A stretch of 64,000 nt of DNA from an uncultured Gemmatimonadota bacterium (GTDB lineage Bacteria; Gemmatimonadota; Gemmatimonadetes; Palauibacterales; Palauibacteraceae), in NCBI GenBank assembly GCA_964499635.1, contig CAZCLY010000005.1, positions 14,106-78,105 on the forward strand, read 5' to 3'. Below are positions 36,100-46,081 of this stretch, piece after piece; the first letter of the stretch is position 1; each line of letters begins with the position of its first letter. Under the pieces are notes generated by a model. That model ran no database searches and was not told the DNA's origin. It worked only from the letters and a program-made list of their open reading frames with translations. The position numbers were made by a program, and so were the translations under genes.

Positions 36100-38736
36100 T
36101 CAGGGTCTTTCGATCTCCGCCACCCATACGTCCGAGTTCCGCTCGATCAGCGGAACGAAGAGGCGCCCCTCCGACACCGCGATGCCGTGTCGATGGAACT
36201 GGCGCGCCGGAACATCGGCATAGGCGACCGTGCTGGCCGGGCGGCCGTCCAGGGGGATGGCGGTGATCCTGAACACTCCAAGGGAGTCGGAGTGGGCCAG
36301 GAAGATCGTGCCGCTGTCCTCCGACCACGCCGACCATGAGGACGGAAACCCGTCGTCGGGCACGGAGAGCACGAGACGCGACCGGTCGGACGCGACCTCC
36401 ACGACGTTCACGCCCTCGGGCGACAGGAAGCTGATCCAGCGGCCATCCGGAGACCAGCGCGGCCGCGCGGCGCGGCCTTCCCGGGGAAACGGCTCCGGCG
36501 TGGCCCACTCCCCGGCCGCGGTCCGATCCGCCTCCCACAGGCCGCGCTCGGGGTTCCGCTGCTGGTCGAAGGCCAGGCGTCGTCCGTCCGGGGCCCACGT
36601 CGGGTTGTAGTCCTGCTCCGGGCTGTCGGTGAGCCGTGTCGCCTCGCCGCCGGACGCAGGCATCACGAACAGGTCGCGGTTTCCCGTGCGGAGAGAATGA
36701 AACGCCACCTCCCGTCCGTCCGGGGACACGGCGGGCGAGAAATCGGCCGCGGGGTCGTCGGTCAACTGTTCGACCGGGCCGCCGGAGACTCGCATACGGT
36801 AGAGGTCCGGGTTGCCCGCGCGGTCCGAGTCGTAGTACAGCCACTCGCCGTCGGGCGAGAAACCGAGGCTCTCGATTGTCTGTGTGCCCGTCGTGATCTG
36901 CGTGGCGCGGGAGAAGGGCACGGAGTCTCCGGCCGGGATCGGCAGCGACCAGATGTTTCCGGTCTCGCGGAACTGGGACCATGCCAACCGCCGGCCGTCC
37001 GTCGAGATCGTGACGCGCTCCGCGTCGAGTCCCGTGGTGAGTCGGACGGGCTCGCCGGCCGGGGCCCCTCCGTGCGTGAGCGTCACCTGATAGATGTCTC
37101 GGCCGCCATCGCGATCGGAGATGAACAGCATCGTCGGGCGGCCCGGTAGCCAGACGGGGCTGGTGTTGAGCCCCCGCACCGGAGTGACCCACACCGGCGC
37201 GCCACCGCGCGACGAGACCACCCTGATGCCGCTGGCGCCGAGGTTCCCATTCCGGTGGAACAGCGAGTTTCCCTCGACGTAGGCGATCCACCGCCCATCG
37301 CTGGACCACGCCGGCGAGTGGACATCCGACCCGGTCGTGATCGGCGTCCCTCGCGAGCTGTCGACCGCCTGGACGAACAACGTGTCTCCTCTCGGATACA
37401 CGACGGCGTGGCCGTCGGGCGACCAACCTCCCCACTTCGAGGTGTTCGCCACGACCCGGGATTGGCCGCCGAGCAGCGGCATGACCTCCAGTCCACGGGC
37501 CGTGACGGCCAGGAGTCGCGTTCCGTCGGGCGAGAAGGCGCCACCCAGACCCATCTGGCTCACCACCACCGGATCGCCGCCGTCGATCTGCCGGAGCATG
37601 AGGCGGGGGGGCGCGTTCCCCAGGGAGGTGTACGCCAGCATCCTCCCATCCGGCGAGAGGGACGGATAGGTCTCCCAGTCCGGCGCCGTCGCGACCGCCG
37701 TGCGCTTGCCCAGCACGAGGGTCCCCGGCTCCCGTCCGCGGAGCGACACGGTGAGGACGCCGGCGGCCACGGCCACCAGCGCGCCCCCACCGATGGATCC
37801 GAGCCAGACCCGCCAGCGCCGGGCGCGACGGTCGGCTTCGAGCGGCACGATGCGCACCGGCGTGGTCTGCCCGGGAGACGCCGCCCGGGCCTCGAGCTCC
37901 GCCATCAGCGCGTCGGCGGTCTGCCAGCGGTCGGCCGGCCGCTTCTCCAGACATTTCATGAGAATGCCGGCCAGCGCGGGCGGGACGGCGGGACGGTGCG
38001 TCGTGATGGGCTCTGGCGGCCTGGTCATGTGCGCGAGCAGCACCTCGCGCGAGCTGGCGCCGGAAAACGGCGGCTGGCCGGTGAGCAGCTCGTACCCCAG
38101 GACGCCGACGGCGTAGATGTCCACCCGGTGGTCGAGGTTCGGATCCGCCATCGCCTGCTCGGGCGCCATGTACACGGGCGTCCCCAGCAGCATGCCGGTT
38201 TCGGTGATCTTGCCGTGTGTGGCGGAGTCGCTCACCGCCTTGGCGACACCGAAGTCCATGACCAGCGCATGTCGGCCGGAGAGGAGCACGTTGTCCGGCT
38301 TGATGTCGCGATGCACCACGCCATGGCCGTGGGCGTAGGCCAGGGCGTCCACCACCTCGGTCAGGATGCGCACCGCATCCTCCACCGGCAGCTCCCCGCG
38401 GCGGAGCCGATCCCGCAGCGATTCCCCCTCCACGAACGGCATGACGTAGTAGGGGCGACCACCCGGCTCGCCGTTTCGCTCGTCGAGGATCCCGGAATCG
38501 AGCAGAGGGAGGATGTGGGGGTGCTGGAGCCGAGCGGCGACCTCGATCTCCCGGAAGAACCGCTCGATGCCGATAGCGAGGGCGAGCTCCGGCCGGAGCA
38601 CCTTCACCGCCACCTTGCGGTGATGCCTGGGGTCCTCGGCCAGGTAGACGGTGGCCATCCCCCCGCTGCCCAGCTCGCGCTCGACTACGTACCGGACGGC
38701 CAGTGCCGCCTTCAGGCGTTCCAGGTTATCGGCCAC
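36100..38736 (-). CDS. Serine/threonine protein kinase fused to a TolB-like (PD40) beta-propeller
   Basis: The start is a GTG. Hanks kinase motifs are present (LGSGGMATVY, VAVKVL, HRDIKPDNVLL, DFGVAKA, GTPVYMAPE), followed by a TM segment and repeated PD40 units (FSPDGTRLL, WSPDGHAVVY, AWSSDGRWIAY, SPDGREVAFHS, WAPDGRRLAF, WSPDGRWISF). The 35660..37954 ORF is an overlapping frame artefact. Confidence 0.8.
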   Translation of the reverse strand: MADNLERLKAALAVRYVVERELGSGGMATVYLAEDPRHHRKVAVKVLRPELALAIGIERFFREIEVAARLQHPHILPLLDSGILDERNGEPGGRPYYVMPFVEGESLRDRLRRGELPVEDAVRILTEVVDALAYAHGHGVVHRDIKPDNVLLSGRHALVMDFGVAKAVSDSATHGKITETGMLLGTPVYMAPEQAMADPNLDHRVDIYAVGVLGYELLTGQPPFSGASSREVLLAHMTRPPEPITTHRPAVPPALAGILMKCLEKRPADRWQTADALMAELEARAASPGQTTPVRIVPLEADRRARRWRVWLGSIGGGALVAVAAGVLTVSLRGREPGTLVLGKRTAVATAPDWETYPSLSPDGRMLAYTSLGNAPPRLMLRQIDGGDPVVVSQMGLGGAFSPDGTRLLAVTARGLEVMPLLGGQSRVVANTSKWGGWSPDGHAVVYPRGDTLFVQAVDSSRGTPITTGSDVHSPAWSSDGRWIAYVEGNSLFHRNGNLGASGIRVVSSRGGAPVWVTPVRGLNTSPVWLPGRPTMLFISDRDGGRDIYQVTLTHGGAPAGEPVRLTTGLDAERVTISTDGRRLAWSQFRETGNIWSLPIPAGDSVPFSRATQITTGTQTIESLGFSPDGEWLYYDSDRAGNPDLYRMRVSGGPVEQLTDDPAADFSPAVSPDGREVAFHSLRTGNRDLFVMPASGGEATRLTDSPEQDYNPTWAPDGRRLAFDQQRNPERGLWEADRTAAGEWATPEPFPREGRAARPRWSPDGRWISFLSPEGVNVVEVASDRSRLVLSVPDDGFPSSWSAWSEDSGTIFLAHSDSLGVFRITAIPLDGRPASTVAYADVPARQFHRHGIAVSEGRLFVPLIERNSDVWVAEIERP

Positions 38737-38795
38737 GTTTCACCGTGACCCGGAAAGTACGTCGGGACGAGGTCTGCCGCTGGCGGGCACGAGGA

Positions 38796-40403
38796 TCAGT
38801 CCAGCACCACCGCCTCTTGCGGGCCGAGCTCGAGCCGCCCGGCGACCTCGCGGCCTTCGCTCGACCGCTCCGTCGAGGCGGCGATCCGGCCGGGGAGATC
38901 CGGATGCTCGAAGGCACGCGGTTCGTCGGAGAAGTTGATCGCCACCACGGCCCGCTCCGCTCCCGTGTAGCGCTCGTAGACGAAACACGCGGCGGGGACG
39001 CCGTCCAGCGACCGATAGGCGCCCTCCCGCAGGGCCGGCGATGCCCGGCGGAGGCGCAGGAGCCGGCGGTAGAGCGCCAGGATCGAGTCGTGGTCGCCGA
39101 GTTGTGCCTCCACGTTCCGCCCCGCCGCGTCTTCGCCCACCGGGAGCCAGGGCTCGGGGGCCGGGGTGAACCCGGCGTTCGGTCCCGCGGACCAGGGCAT
39201 CGGCGTCCGGCACCCATCGCGCCCCAACGCGGGCTCCCGCATGCCCCACGGATCGTGGCGCCGCTCCGGCAAGATCTCGGCCTCGAGCATCCCGAGCTCG
39301 TCGCCGTAGTACAGCGTGGGCGACCCACGGAGCGTGAGCAGCAGCACGGCGGCCTGACGGGCGCCACGCGCCCCGAGACGCGTGGCGAGCCGCGTGTCGT
39401 CGTGCGTGCCCAGCACCCAGTTCGGCCACGCACCGACGGGGATCCCGGCCTCCACACCGTCCACCGCGCCGCGTACGCCCGCCGCGGTCCACGGGGCCTT
39501 CATGAGCCCGAAGTTGGCCGGCATGTGGAGCCCGTCCTTATCGGCGCCGTAGAAGCCGCCCAGCCGGATGGGGTCGAACTCGTGGAGCTCGGCGAGTGAC
39601 GTGCGCACCGGCTCGTATCGGTCGAGGAGCGCGCGCATGTCCCGAAACACGCCCTGGATGTCCGGGTGCCCCTGGTCGTACAGGTGGAGCTGGGCGTCGT
39701 AGGCACCCCGCGACTTGTGGACCTGGAGAGTGCCCCCGACGGCCGGGGGGTTATCCCGCTCTTCGGGGTCCTTCATCATGAACAGCGGCGCATCGATCCG
39801 GAATCCGTCCACGCCGCGGTCGAGCCAGAAGCGCATGGTGTCGAGCATGGCGGCCCGTACCGCCGGATTCCGCCAGTTCAGATCGGGCTGCTCGGCCAGG
39901 AAGGAGTGGAGGTAGCACTGCCCCGTGCGGCCGTCGAGCGTCCATGCCGAGCCCCCGAACACGCTCAGCCAGTTGTTCGGCGGCGAGCCGTCCGGCTTAG
40001 GATCGCGCCACACGTACCAGTCGCGACGCGCGCTCTCGCGACAGCTCCGCGACTCGATGAACCACGGGTGCCGATCCGACGTGTGGTTGGGGACGAAGTC
40101 GATGAGCACCCGTAGCCCGGCCTGGTGGGCGCTCGCCAGGAGGCGATCGAACGCGGCGAGGTCGCCGAACAGGGGGTCCACATCGTGGTGGTCCGACACG
40201 TCGTAGCCGAAGTCGGCCATGGGAGATGGGTAGAAGGGCGTGATCCAGATCGCGTCGACGCCCAGCGTGTCGGCCAGGTAGTGGACCCTCTCGCCCACCC
40301 CATTGAGATCGCCGATCCCGTCCCCGTTCGCGTCCCGGAAGCTCCGCAGGTAGATCTCGTACACCACGGCGTGGTGCCACCACGCGGGCCTGGGCTCGGA
40401 CAC
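38796..40403 (-). CDS. GH13 alpha-glucosidase / oligo-1,6-glucosidase-type enzyme (cytoplasmic, no signal)
   Basis: The N-terminus is WWHHAVVYEIYLRSFRDANGDGIGDLNGV. Conserved GH13 regions II-IV are present (DFVPNHTSDRHPWF, VDGFRIDA, YYGDELGM), and the 535 aa size is typical of alpha-glucosidases and trehalose-6-P hydrolases. Confidence 0.8.
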   Translation of the reverse strand: MSEPRPAWWHHAVVYEIYLRSFRDANGDGIGDLNGVGERVHYLADTLGVDAIWITPFYPSPMADFGYDVSDHHDVDPLFGDLAAFDRLLASAHQAGLRVLIDFVPNHTSDRHPWFIESRSCRESARRDWYVWRDPKPDGSPPNNWLSVFGGSAWTLDGRTGQCYLHSFLAEQPDLNWRNPAVRAAMLDTMRFWLDRGVDGFRIDAPLFMMKDPEERDNPPAVGGTLQVHKSRGAYDAQLHLYDQGHPDIQGVFRDMRALLDRYEPVRTSLAELHEFDPIRLGGFYGADKDGLHMPANFGLMKAPWTAAGVRGAVDGVEAGIPVGAWPNWVLGTHDDTRLATRLGARGARQAAVLLLTLRGSPTLYYGDELGMLEAEILPERRHDPWGMREPALGRDGCRTPMPWSAGPNAGFTPAPEPWLPVGEDAAGRNVEAQLGDHDSILALYRRLLRLRRASPALREGAYRSLDGVPAACFVYERYTGAERAVVAINFSDEPRAFEHPDLPGRIAASTERSSEGREVAGRLELGPQEAVVLD

Positions 40404-40442
40404 GGACGTTGCCTGCGGCGGGTTCGAGGTCGAGTGTCGGGG

Positions 40443-42455
40443 CTACGTGCCGGCGACCGCGGCGGCACCGTCGTCCGCAGCCCTGGCCGCCGACGACCTG
40501 CCCCCCCCGGCGTAGTCGAGCCCGAAGCCGTACGGGAAGCGCGGGTCGTAGTCCGGATCGCCGCGGTTCACGGGGGTCTGATCGGGAGTCCGCGGCCAGC
40601 TGAACGAGAGTCGTCCGGTGAAGTCGAAGGCCACCTCGCCGCCGCCGTCCCGAAACAGCACGTCGGCCACCCCCCCGCCCTCGGAGCCCGGCAGCCAGGC
40701 CGCCACGAACGCCGTCGAGGCATCGAGCTCGGGATCCACCCACAGGGGCCGGCCGCTCAGGAGCACAGAGACGACCGGGATGCCCCGCCCCTGGAGCCTC
40801 CGGAGCAGCGCCACAGGCTCGGGGTAGCGTGCCGAGAAGCTCAGCGACTCGAGGTTCCCCTCGCCCTCGGCGTAGGGGGTTTCTCCGAACACGACGATGG
40901 CGACGTCCGGTCGCTCCTCGAACGACCCGTCGGGGCTCAGCGTCGCCGTCCCGCCGCCCGCCGTCACGACCGCGTCGATGCCCGCGAAGATCGACGTCGC
41001 CCCGGGGAAGTCGTCGTTCGTGAGGTCGGTCCCCTGCCACGTCACGGTCCAGCCCCCCGCCTGCCGCGCGATGTCGTCCGCCGCCGGACCGGCGACCAAC
41101 ACATCGAGGTCGCGCCGCAGCGGGAGGAGATCCCCGGAATTCTCGAGCAGAACGAGCGACCGCCGCACCGCTTCGCGGGCCAGCGCGCGGTGCTCGGGAG
41201 CCCCGACGAGCGATCGGTCGCCGGCGTGCGGTCGTGAAGACGGACGTCCCGCCTCGAACAGCCCGGCGCGGTCCTTCACGCGCAGGATGCGGCGCACGGC
41301 ATCGTCGATCCGCTCCTCGGAGATCTCGCCGGCGCGGACCTCCTGCACGGTGTTCTCTATGAAGGCCTTCCACGCCTCGGGCACCATGAACATGTCGATC
41401 CCGGCCTCGATGGCCCGCGGACAGTCAGCGTCGGTGCACCCGGCCACCTCGCCGATCCCGTTCCAGTCGCTGACCACGAACCCGTCGAATCCGAGCCGCT
41501 CCTTGAGGACTTCGGTGAGCAGATGGCGCTGGCCGTGGAGCTTCTCGCCACGCCAGCTGTTGTAGGAGGCCATGACCGTCTGTACCCCGGCCTCGAGCGC
41601 GGGCAGGTATCCTTGCGCGTGGACTTCGAGGAGCTCCCGTTCGCTCGACAGGTTGTCTCCCCGGTCGACACCCGCATCGGTCCCGCCGTCCCCGAGGAAG
41701 TGCTTCGCCGTCGCGAGCACGTGGGATCCATCCAGGAAGGCGGGCGTGCCGGCCTCGCCCTGGAGACCGGTGACCATCCTGCCGGCAACCTCGCGCACGA
41801 TCTCGGGATCCTCCGAGTACGACTCGTACGTGCGCCCCCAGCGATCGTCCCGCACGACGGCGAGCGTGGGCGCGAACGTCCAGTCGAGGCCGGTCGCCGC
41901 GACCTCGAGGGCCGTGGCTTCCCCGATGCGCTCGATCAGGTCGGGGGCACGGGCCGCTCCGAGGCCGATGTTGTGGGGGAAGATCGTGGCCCCGCGCACG
42001 TTGTTGTGGCCGTGCACGGCATCCGTCCCCCACATGATCGGAATCGCGACGCCGCCGCCCGAGCCACCCATCGAGGCGTCGTAGAACGAATCGGCCAGAA
42101 CGACCCAGTCGGCCACGGTCGCGGACCGCGACGCACCCGGCCACGATCCGCCGCCGTTGAGCACCGAGCCCAGGTGATACTCACGAACGTCCGCGGGGGT
42201 GACGTTCTGAATCTCGGCCTGGACCATCTGCCCGACCTTCTGCTCCAGCGTCATCCCGGCGAGGATGGAGTCGACGCGCGCCTCGAGGGCCGCGTCCGCC
42301 GGGAGGGCACGGGCGATGCGCGGCCACTCGACGCCGCTCCCTCCGTCGGCGGCCCCCTCGCCCCGGCAGGCGAGCAGCGACAGCGGGAGCAGGAGCCACG
42401 CGACGGACGGGCGTCGCGGGAATCGCGGCGAGGGGCGCGTGCGTCTTTCGGTCAT
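40443..42455 (-). CDS. Glycoside hydrolase family 3 periplasmic beta-glucosidase / exo-glucanase lipoprotein
   Basis: The start is at MTERRTRPSP with lipobox (LSLLAC). GH3 motifs are present (LTLEQKVGQMVQAEI, IPIMWGTDAVHGHNNV, FVVSDWNGI). Confidence 0.8.
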   Translation of the reverse strand: MTERRTRPSPRFPRRPSVAWLLLPLSLLACRGEGAADGGSGVEWPRIARALPADAALEARVDSILAGMTLEQKVGQMVQAEIQNVTPADVREYHLGSVLNGGGSWPGASRSATVADWVVLADSFYDASMGGSGGGVAIPIMWGTDAVHGHNNVRGATIFPHNIGLGAARAPDLIERIGEATALEVAATGLDWTFAPTLAVVRDDRWGRTYESYSEDPEIVREVAGRMVTGLQGEAGTPAFLDGSHVLATAKHFLGDGGTDAGVDRGDNLSSERELLEVHAQGYLPALEAGVQTVMASYNSWRGEKLHGQRHLLTEVLKERLGFDGFVVSDWNGIGEVAGCTDADCPRAIEAGIDMFMVPEAWKAFIENTVQEVRAGEISEERIDDAVRRILRVKDRAGLFEAGRPSSRPHAGDRSLVGAPEHRALAREAVRRSLVLLENSGDLLPLRRDLDVLVAGPAADDIARQAGGWTVTWQGTDLTNDDFPGATSIFAGIDAVVTAGGGTATLSPDGSFEERPDVAIVVFGETPYAEGEGNLESLSFSARYPEPVALLRRLQGRGIPVVSVLLSGRPLWVDPELDASTAFVAAWLPGSEGGGVADVLFRDGGGEVAFDFTGRLSFSWPRTPDQTPVNRGDPDYDPRFPYGFGLDYAGGGRSSAARAADDGAAAVAGT

Positions 42456-42648
42456 CCGCTCGTCTCTTCGAACCTGCATGCCAGCGAAACCGGGGGGGAC
42501 GGACGCATGGCCTCCGATCGCCTCCCCGTCGCATCTCCGAAGCTCCCGGGCGTAATGTGGTACGAGACCGCAGTCCGCCACCACTCGTGGCGACTCGCGA
42601 TCGGACAGACCGGGGTACCGTCTGCGGCCCCGAACGGATGGCGGACAC

Positions 42649-43797
42649 ATGATCCACCGACCCTGTGTCGAAGTGTGGGCGCTCGCGGTCGTCGCGACGG
42701 CGTGCGGGAGCGCCACGGAGCCGGTCACGCCGCCTCCCGTCCGTGTTCCGTTCACCGTCCCGCAGGGATTCACCGCGGACGAGTTCGTCGGAGGTCTCGA
42801 TCTGCCGACGTCGGTCGCGTTCCCGCCCGACGGGTCGGACCGTCTGTTCGTGAACGAGCTGCAGTCCGGAGAGGTCCGCGTGGTGGCGAACGGTACGCTC
42901 CTGCCCGAGCCCTTCGCCCGGGTCGCCACCAACACCACCGGGGGGTTCCCGGTGAACGGGGAGAACGGCCTCCTGGGGATCGCGTTCGACCCCGGCTACG
43001 CGGCCAACGGCTTCGTGTACGTGACGTTCGCGACCCGTACCGACGCGGGCACCTTCGGGACGGTCGCGCGCTTCACGGACGTGGACGGATGGGGCGAGGA
43101 GTACACGGTTCTGCTCGAGGGCATCCCCGCCGCGCCCGGTCACCAGATCGAGAGCCTCGCGTTCGGACCGGACGGCGAGCTGTACGTTTCCGTGGGAGAC
43201 GCGTTCATGTCGGAGGAGGTCCAGGACCCCGACGCCCTGCTCGGGAGGATCCTCCGCGTGCACCCCGATGGCAGCGTCCCGGCGGACAACCCGTTCCCGG
43301 GATCCCTCACCTGGGCGTACGGCCTGCGCAACTCGTTCGATCTCGCGTTCGACGAGGACGGCTCGCTCTACTCGGCCGACAACGGCCCCGAGACGAACGA
43401 CGAGCTCAATCGGATCGTCGAGGGGGGGAACTACGGCTGGCCCCTGGCCCTGGGCGCGACCTCGACGCCGGGGCTCGTCGACCCTCTGCACGTGTGGCCC
43501 GAGATCGTGTCGCCCGACGGCATGGTGTTCTATCAGGGCACCGCGTTCCCGGCCGCCTACCGGGGGAAGCTGTTCCTCGTGCTGTTCGGGGACACGTATT
43601 CATACGGCCCCAGTGAGCAAGCCAAGCGCGTCCAGGTCGTGGACCTGTCGACGCAGCCGCCAGCGTTCGAGGACTTCGCGGTGTACGACTTCGCGGGGAT
43701 CGGGAACCCCCTCGACGTCGCCGTAGGCCCGGACGGCGGCCTGTATGTGAGCGACATCTTCCAGGGGCGGATCTTCCGCATCCGCTACACGGGGTAG
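42649..43797 (+). CDS. PQQ-dependent soluble sugar (aldose/glucose/sorbosone) dehydrogenase, six-bladed beta-propeller
   Basis: GSDH-family signature regions are present: a signal/lipobox (VATACGS), VAFPPDGSDRLFVNE, GLLGIAFDPGY, RILRVHPDGSVPADNPF, AYGLRNSFDLAF, GGNYGWP. Confidence 0.8.
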   Translation: MIHRPCVEVWALAVVATACGSATEPVTPPPVRVPFTVPQGFTADEFVGGLDLPTSVAFPPDGSDRLFVNELQSGEVRVVANGTLLPEPFARVATNTTGGFPVNGENGLLGIAFDPGYAANGFVYVTFATRTDAGTFGTVARFTDVDGWGEEYTVLLEGIPAAPGHQIESLAFGPDGELYVSVGDAFMSEEVQDPDALLGRILRVHPDGSVPADNPFPGSLTWAYGLRNSFDLAFDEDGSLYSADNGPETNDELNRIVEGGNYGWPLALGATSTPGLVDPLHVWPEIVSPDGMVFYQGTAFPAAYRGKLFLVLFGDTYSYGPSEQAKRVQVVDLSTQPPAFEDFAVYDFAGIGNPLDVAVGPDGGLYVSDIFQGRIFRIRYTG

Positions 43798-43804
43798 GGA
43801 CTCC

Positions 43805-46015
43805 ATGACCGGTCGACGCTTGCTGGTCCTGCTCATTGCGCTCCCGCTCGCGTGCGAGCGGGCGCCGGAGCCGGGGAGTCCAGGCGCGGCGGCGACGCCC
43901 GCCCGCGGCGCGTCCCTCCCGGACGAGCCGTCGCCCCCCTTCCGGAACGTGGGCACGGGGACCGCGTACGTGGGTGACGAGGCGTGTCTGGCCTGCCATG
44001 AAGGGGAGGCGGTGGCGTACCGCCAACACCCCATGGCCCGGTCGTTCCACCCGTGGACGCCCGCCGGCCGCATCGAGCCCTCGCTCGACGAGCCGATCCG
44101 ACAACGGCGCACCGGGTTCCGCTACGCGGTCGTCGAGGACGGGGACTCGCTCTACCAGGAGGAGACGCTGGTCGGAGCGGGGGAGCGCCGGCTCCACGAG
44201 CTCAGACGGCGCATCGACTACGTGATGGGGAGCGGCGAGGTGGCCCGCACGTACTTCACCGAGGAGAACGGCCGTCTGTTCCAGCTTCCGCTCACCTGGT
44301 ACCGGGAGGGAGGCTGGGACTTCAGCCCCGGCTACGAGCTCGACAACCCCCGCTTCGAGCGCCTGCTGCCCGACCGGTGCCTCGCGTGCCACGGGAGCTA
44401 CCCCGAGCCCATCCCCTTCCTCGAGGGGGTGTACGCCCGGCTCCGCCAGGGGATTGGGTGCGAGCGCTGCCACGGGCCGGGAGCGCTCCACGTCCGGGAA
44501 CGGTCCGCCGGCGGGACCCCCGACAGCGCGTACGACGCGACGATCGTCGATCCGGCCCGCCTGCCGCTGGCACGTCGTCTCGACGTGTGCGAGCAGTGTC
44601 ACGTGCACACGCCGGTCACCGTGCTCCGCGAGGGCCGCGGCCCGTTCGACTACGTGCCCTCCGAGCGTCTCTCGGACCAGTGGGCGTTCTTCAAGGCGAG
44701 CGGCAGCATCGACATCGTGTCGCACGCCGACCGCTTGCGGCAGAGCGCGTGCTTCCAGGGCACCCTGGGGAGCGGCCGGCCGCTCGAGTGCACCACATGC
44801 CACGATCCGCACCGCCCCGTGGGCGAGCGGGCCACGCGAAGCCGGCCGTGTCTCGAGTGTCACTCCGCCGAGGCCCTCGATCGGCGGCTTGCCTCCTCGC
44901 CCGCGCGCCCCGAGCACGTCGGGGGTGCCGACTGCGTGAGCTGTCACATGCCGCGGACCAGCGAGCGGACGGTCCCGCACGGCGCGTTCACCGACCACTG
45001 GATCCGGGTGGTCGACTCCTCCTCGGTGGCCGGCCCGGAGCGGCCGGCCGGCGGCGGCCCCATCGAGCCCTACTTCGAGCGCGATCGCGACGGATCCGAG
45101 GCGGCCATGTATCGGGGGATGGGCGAGGTCGTGTACGCCACGCTGGCCACGGACCCCGGCCTCCTGCAACGGGGCGCCGCGGCGCTGGCCGGGGCGCTCG
45201 AGACCGACACGACGCACGACGACGCGCGCTTTCTGCTCGGACTGGCATATCGGCAGCTCGGGCGGACCGACGAGGCGATCGCGGCCCTCGAGACCGCCGT
45301 GCGCGTGGAGCCGGACGTCCCGCAGCGCTTGCAGGCGCTCGCGCGGGCGTACGAGGCCGCGCGACGGGATCCCGACACGATCGCCACGCTGTACGAGCGG
45401 GCGCTCGCGATCCAGCCCCGTCTGGCCTGGATCCGGGCCGACTACGCCGACTTCCTGCAATCAACGGGTCGGCTCGAGGATGCGGAGGCGGCCTACCGGG
45501 CGGCGCTCGCCGAGCGGCCGAGCCTCGCGCTGGCCGCCTTCGACCTCGGAACGCTGCTCGCCGGGGAAGGACGGCTCGAGGAGGGCACGTCGGAGTTCTC
45601 CCGCGCCGTGCGTCTCGATCCGTCGCTCGCGGAGGCCGTCGGGACGCTCGTCCAGATCCGCACGAGGGCGGGGGCGGTCGCCAACGCGCGCATCCTCGGA
45701 TCGCCGCTCCCCTCCCTGCCGGTGCGCGACCGCGGCGCCGGCGCCGTTGGGCTCACGCTCGACGCGGGAGGCAGCCGACCGGGGGTGCGGTTCATCGACG
45801 TGTCTCCCACCGCGGCCGTGCGCATCCTCGGGCCCGGGGGAACCCTGGCCCGCGAGCTGCCCCCCGGGACGGGGTCCTCCCGCGTGTGGGATCTGAAGGA
45901 CGAGGCCGGGGTCCCGGTCGGGGGGGGGCTGTACGAGGTCCGCGTGCGGGAGCCGGGGACGGCGGGCACCCCGCAGCGCTTCCGGTTCGGCATCGTCCGC
46001 TCGGGCGACCGATAG
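43805..46015 (+). CDS. Multiheme c-type cytochrome (seven CxxCH motifs) fused to TPR repeats and a C-terminal beta-sandwich (FlgD-Ig/T9SS-like) tail; lipoprotein
   Basis: It has a lipobox (LPLAC). The CxxCH motifs are CLACHEG, CLACHGS, CERCHGP, CEQCHVH, CTTCHDP, CLECHSA and CVSCHMP. A C-terminal region has TPR-like Ala/Leu-rich repeats (LGLAYRQLGRTDEAIAALETAV...), and the terminal ~80 aa are Ig-like. Confidence 0.75.
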   Translation: MTGRRLLVLLIALPLACERAPEPGSPGAAATPARGASLPDEPSPPFRNVGTGTAYVGDEACLACHEGEAVAYRQHPMARSFHPWTPAGRIEPSLDEPIRQRRTGFRYAVVEDGDSLYQEETLVGAGERRLHELRRRIDYVMGSGEVARTYFTEENGRLFQLPLTWYREGGWDFSPGYELDNPRFERLLPDRCLACHGSYPEPIPFLEGVYARLRQGIGCERCHGPGALHVRERSAGGTPDSAYDATIVDPARLPLARRLDVCEQCHVHTPVTVLREGRGPFDYVPSERLSDQWAFFKASGSIDIVSHADRLRQSACFQGTLGSGRPLECTTCHDPHRPVGERATRSRPCLECHSAEALDRRLASSPARPEHVGGADCVSCHMPRTSERTVPHGAFTDHWIRVVDSSSVAGPERPAGGGPIEPYFERDRDGSEAAMYRGMGEVVYATLATDPGLLQRGAAALAGALETDTTHDDARFLLGLAYRQLGRTDEAIAALETAVRVEPDVPQRLQALARAYEAARRDPDTIATLYERALAIQPRLAWIRADYADFLQSTGRLEDAEAAYRAALAERPSLALAAFDLGTLLAGEGRLEEGTSEFSRAVRLDPSLAEAVGTLVQIRTRAGAVANARILGSPLPSLPVRDRGAGAVGLTLDAGGSRPGVRFIDVSPTAAVRILGPGGTLARELPPGTGSSRVWDLKDEAGVPVGGGLYEVRVREPGTAGTPQRFRFGIVRSGDR

Positions 46016-46081
46016 GAGCGACCGGCGGCCCACCGGAGCGCCCGGACCTCTGTTCCCTCCCACCCCGTCGTCGCCCAGTTT

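Noticed and set aside
35660-37954. 764-aa ORF overlapping the Ser/Thr kinase in another frame
   Set aside because: The kinase frame (36100..38736) carries complete Hanks motifs and PD40 repeats, while the alternative frame is low-complexity.
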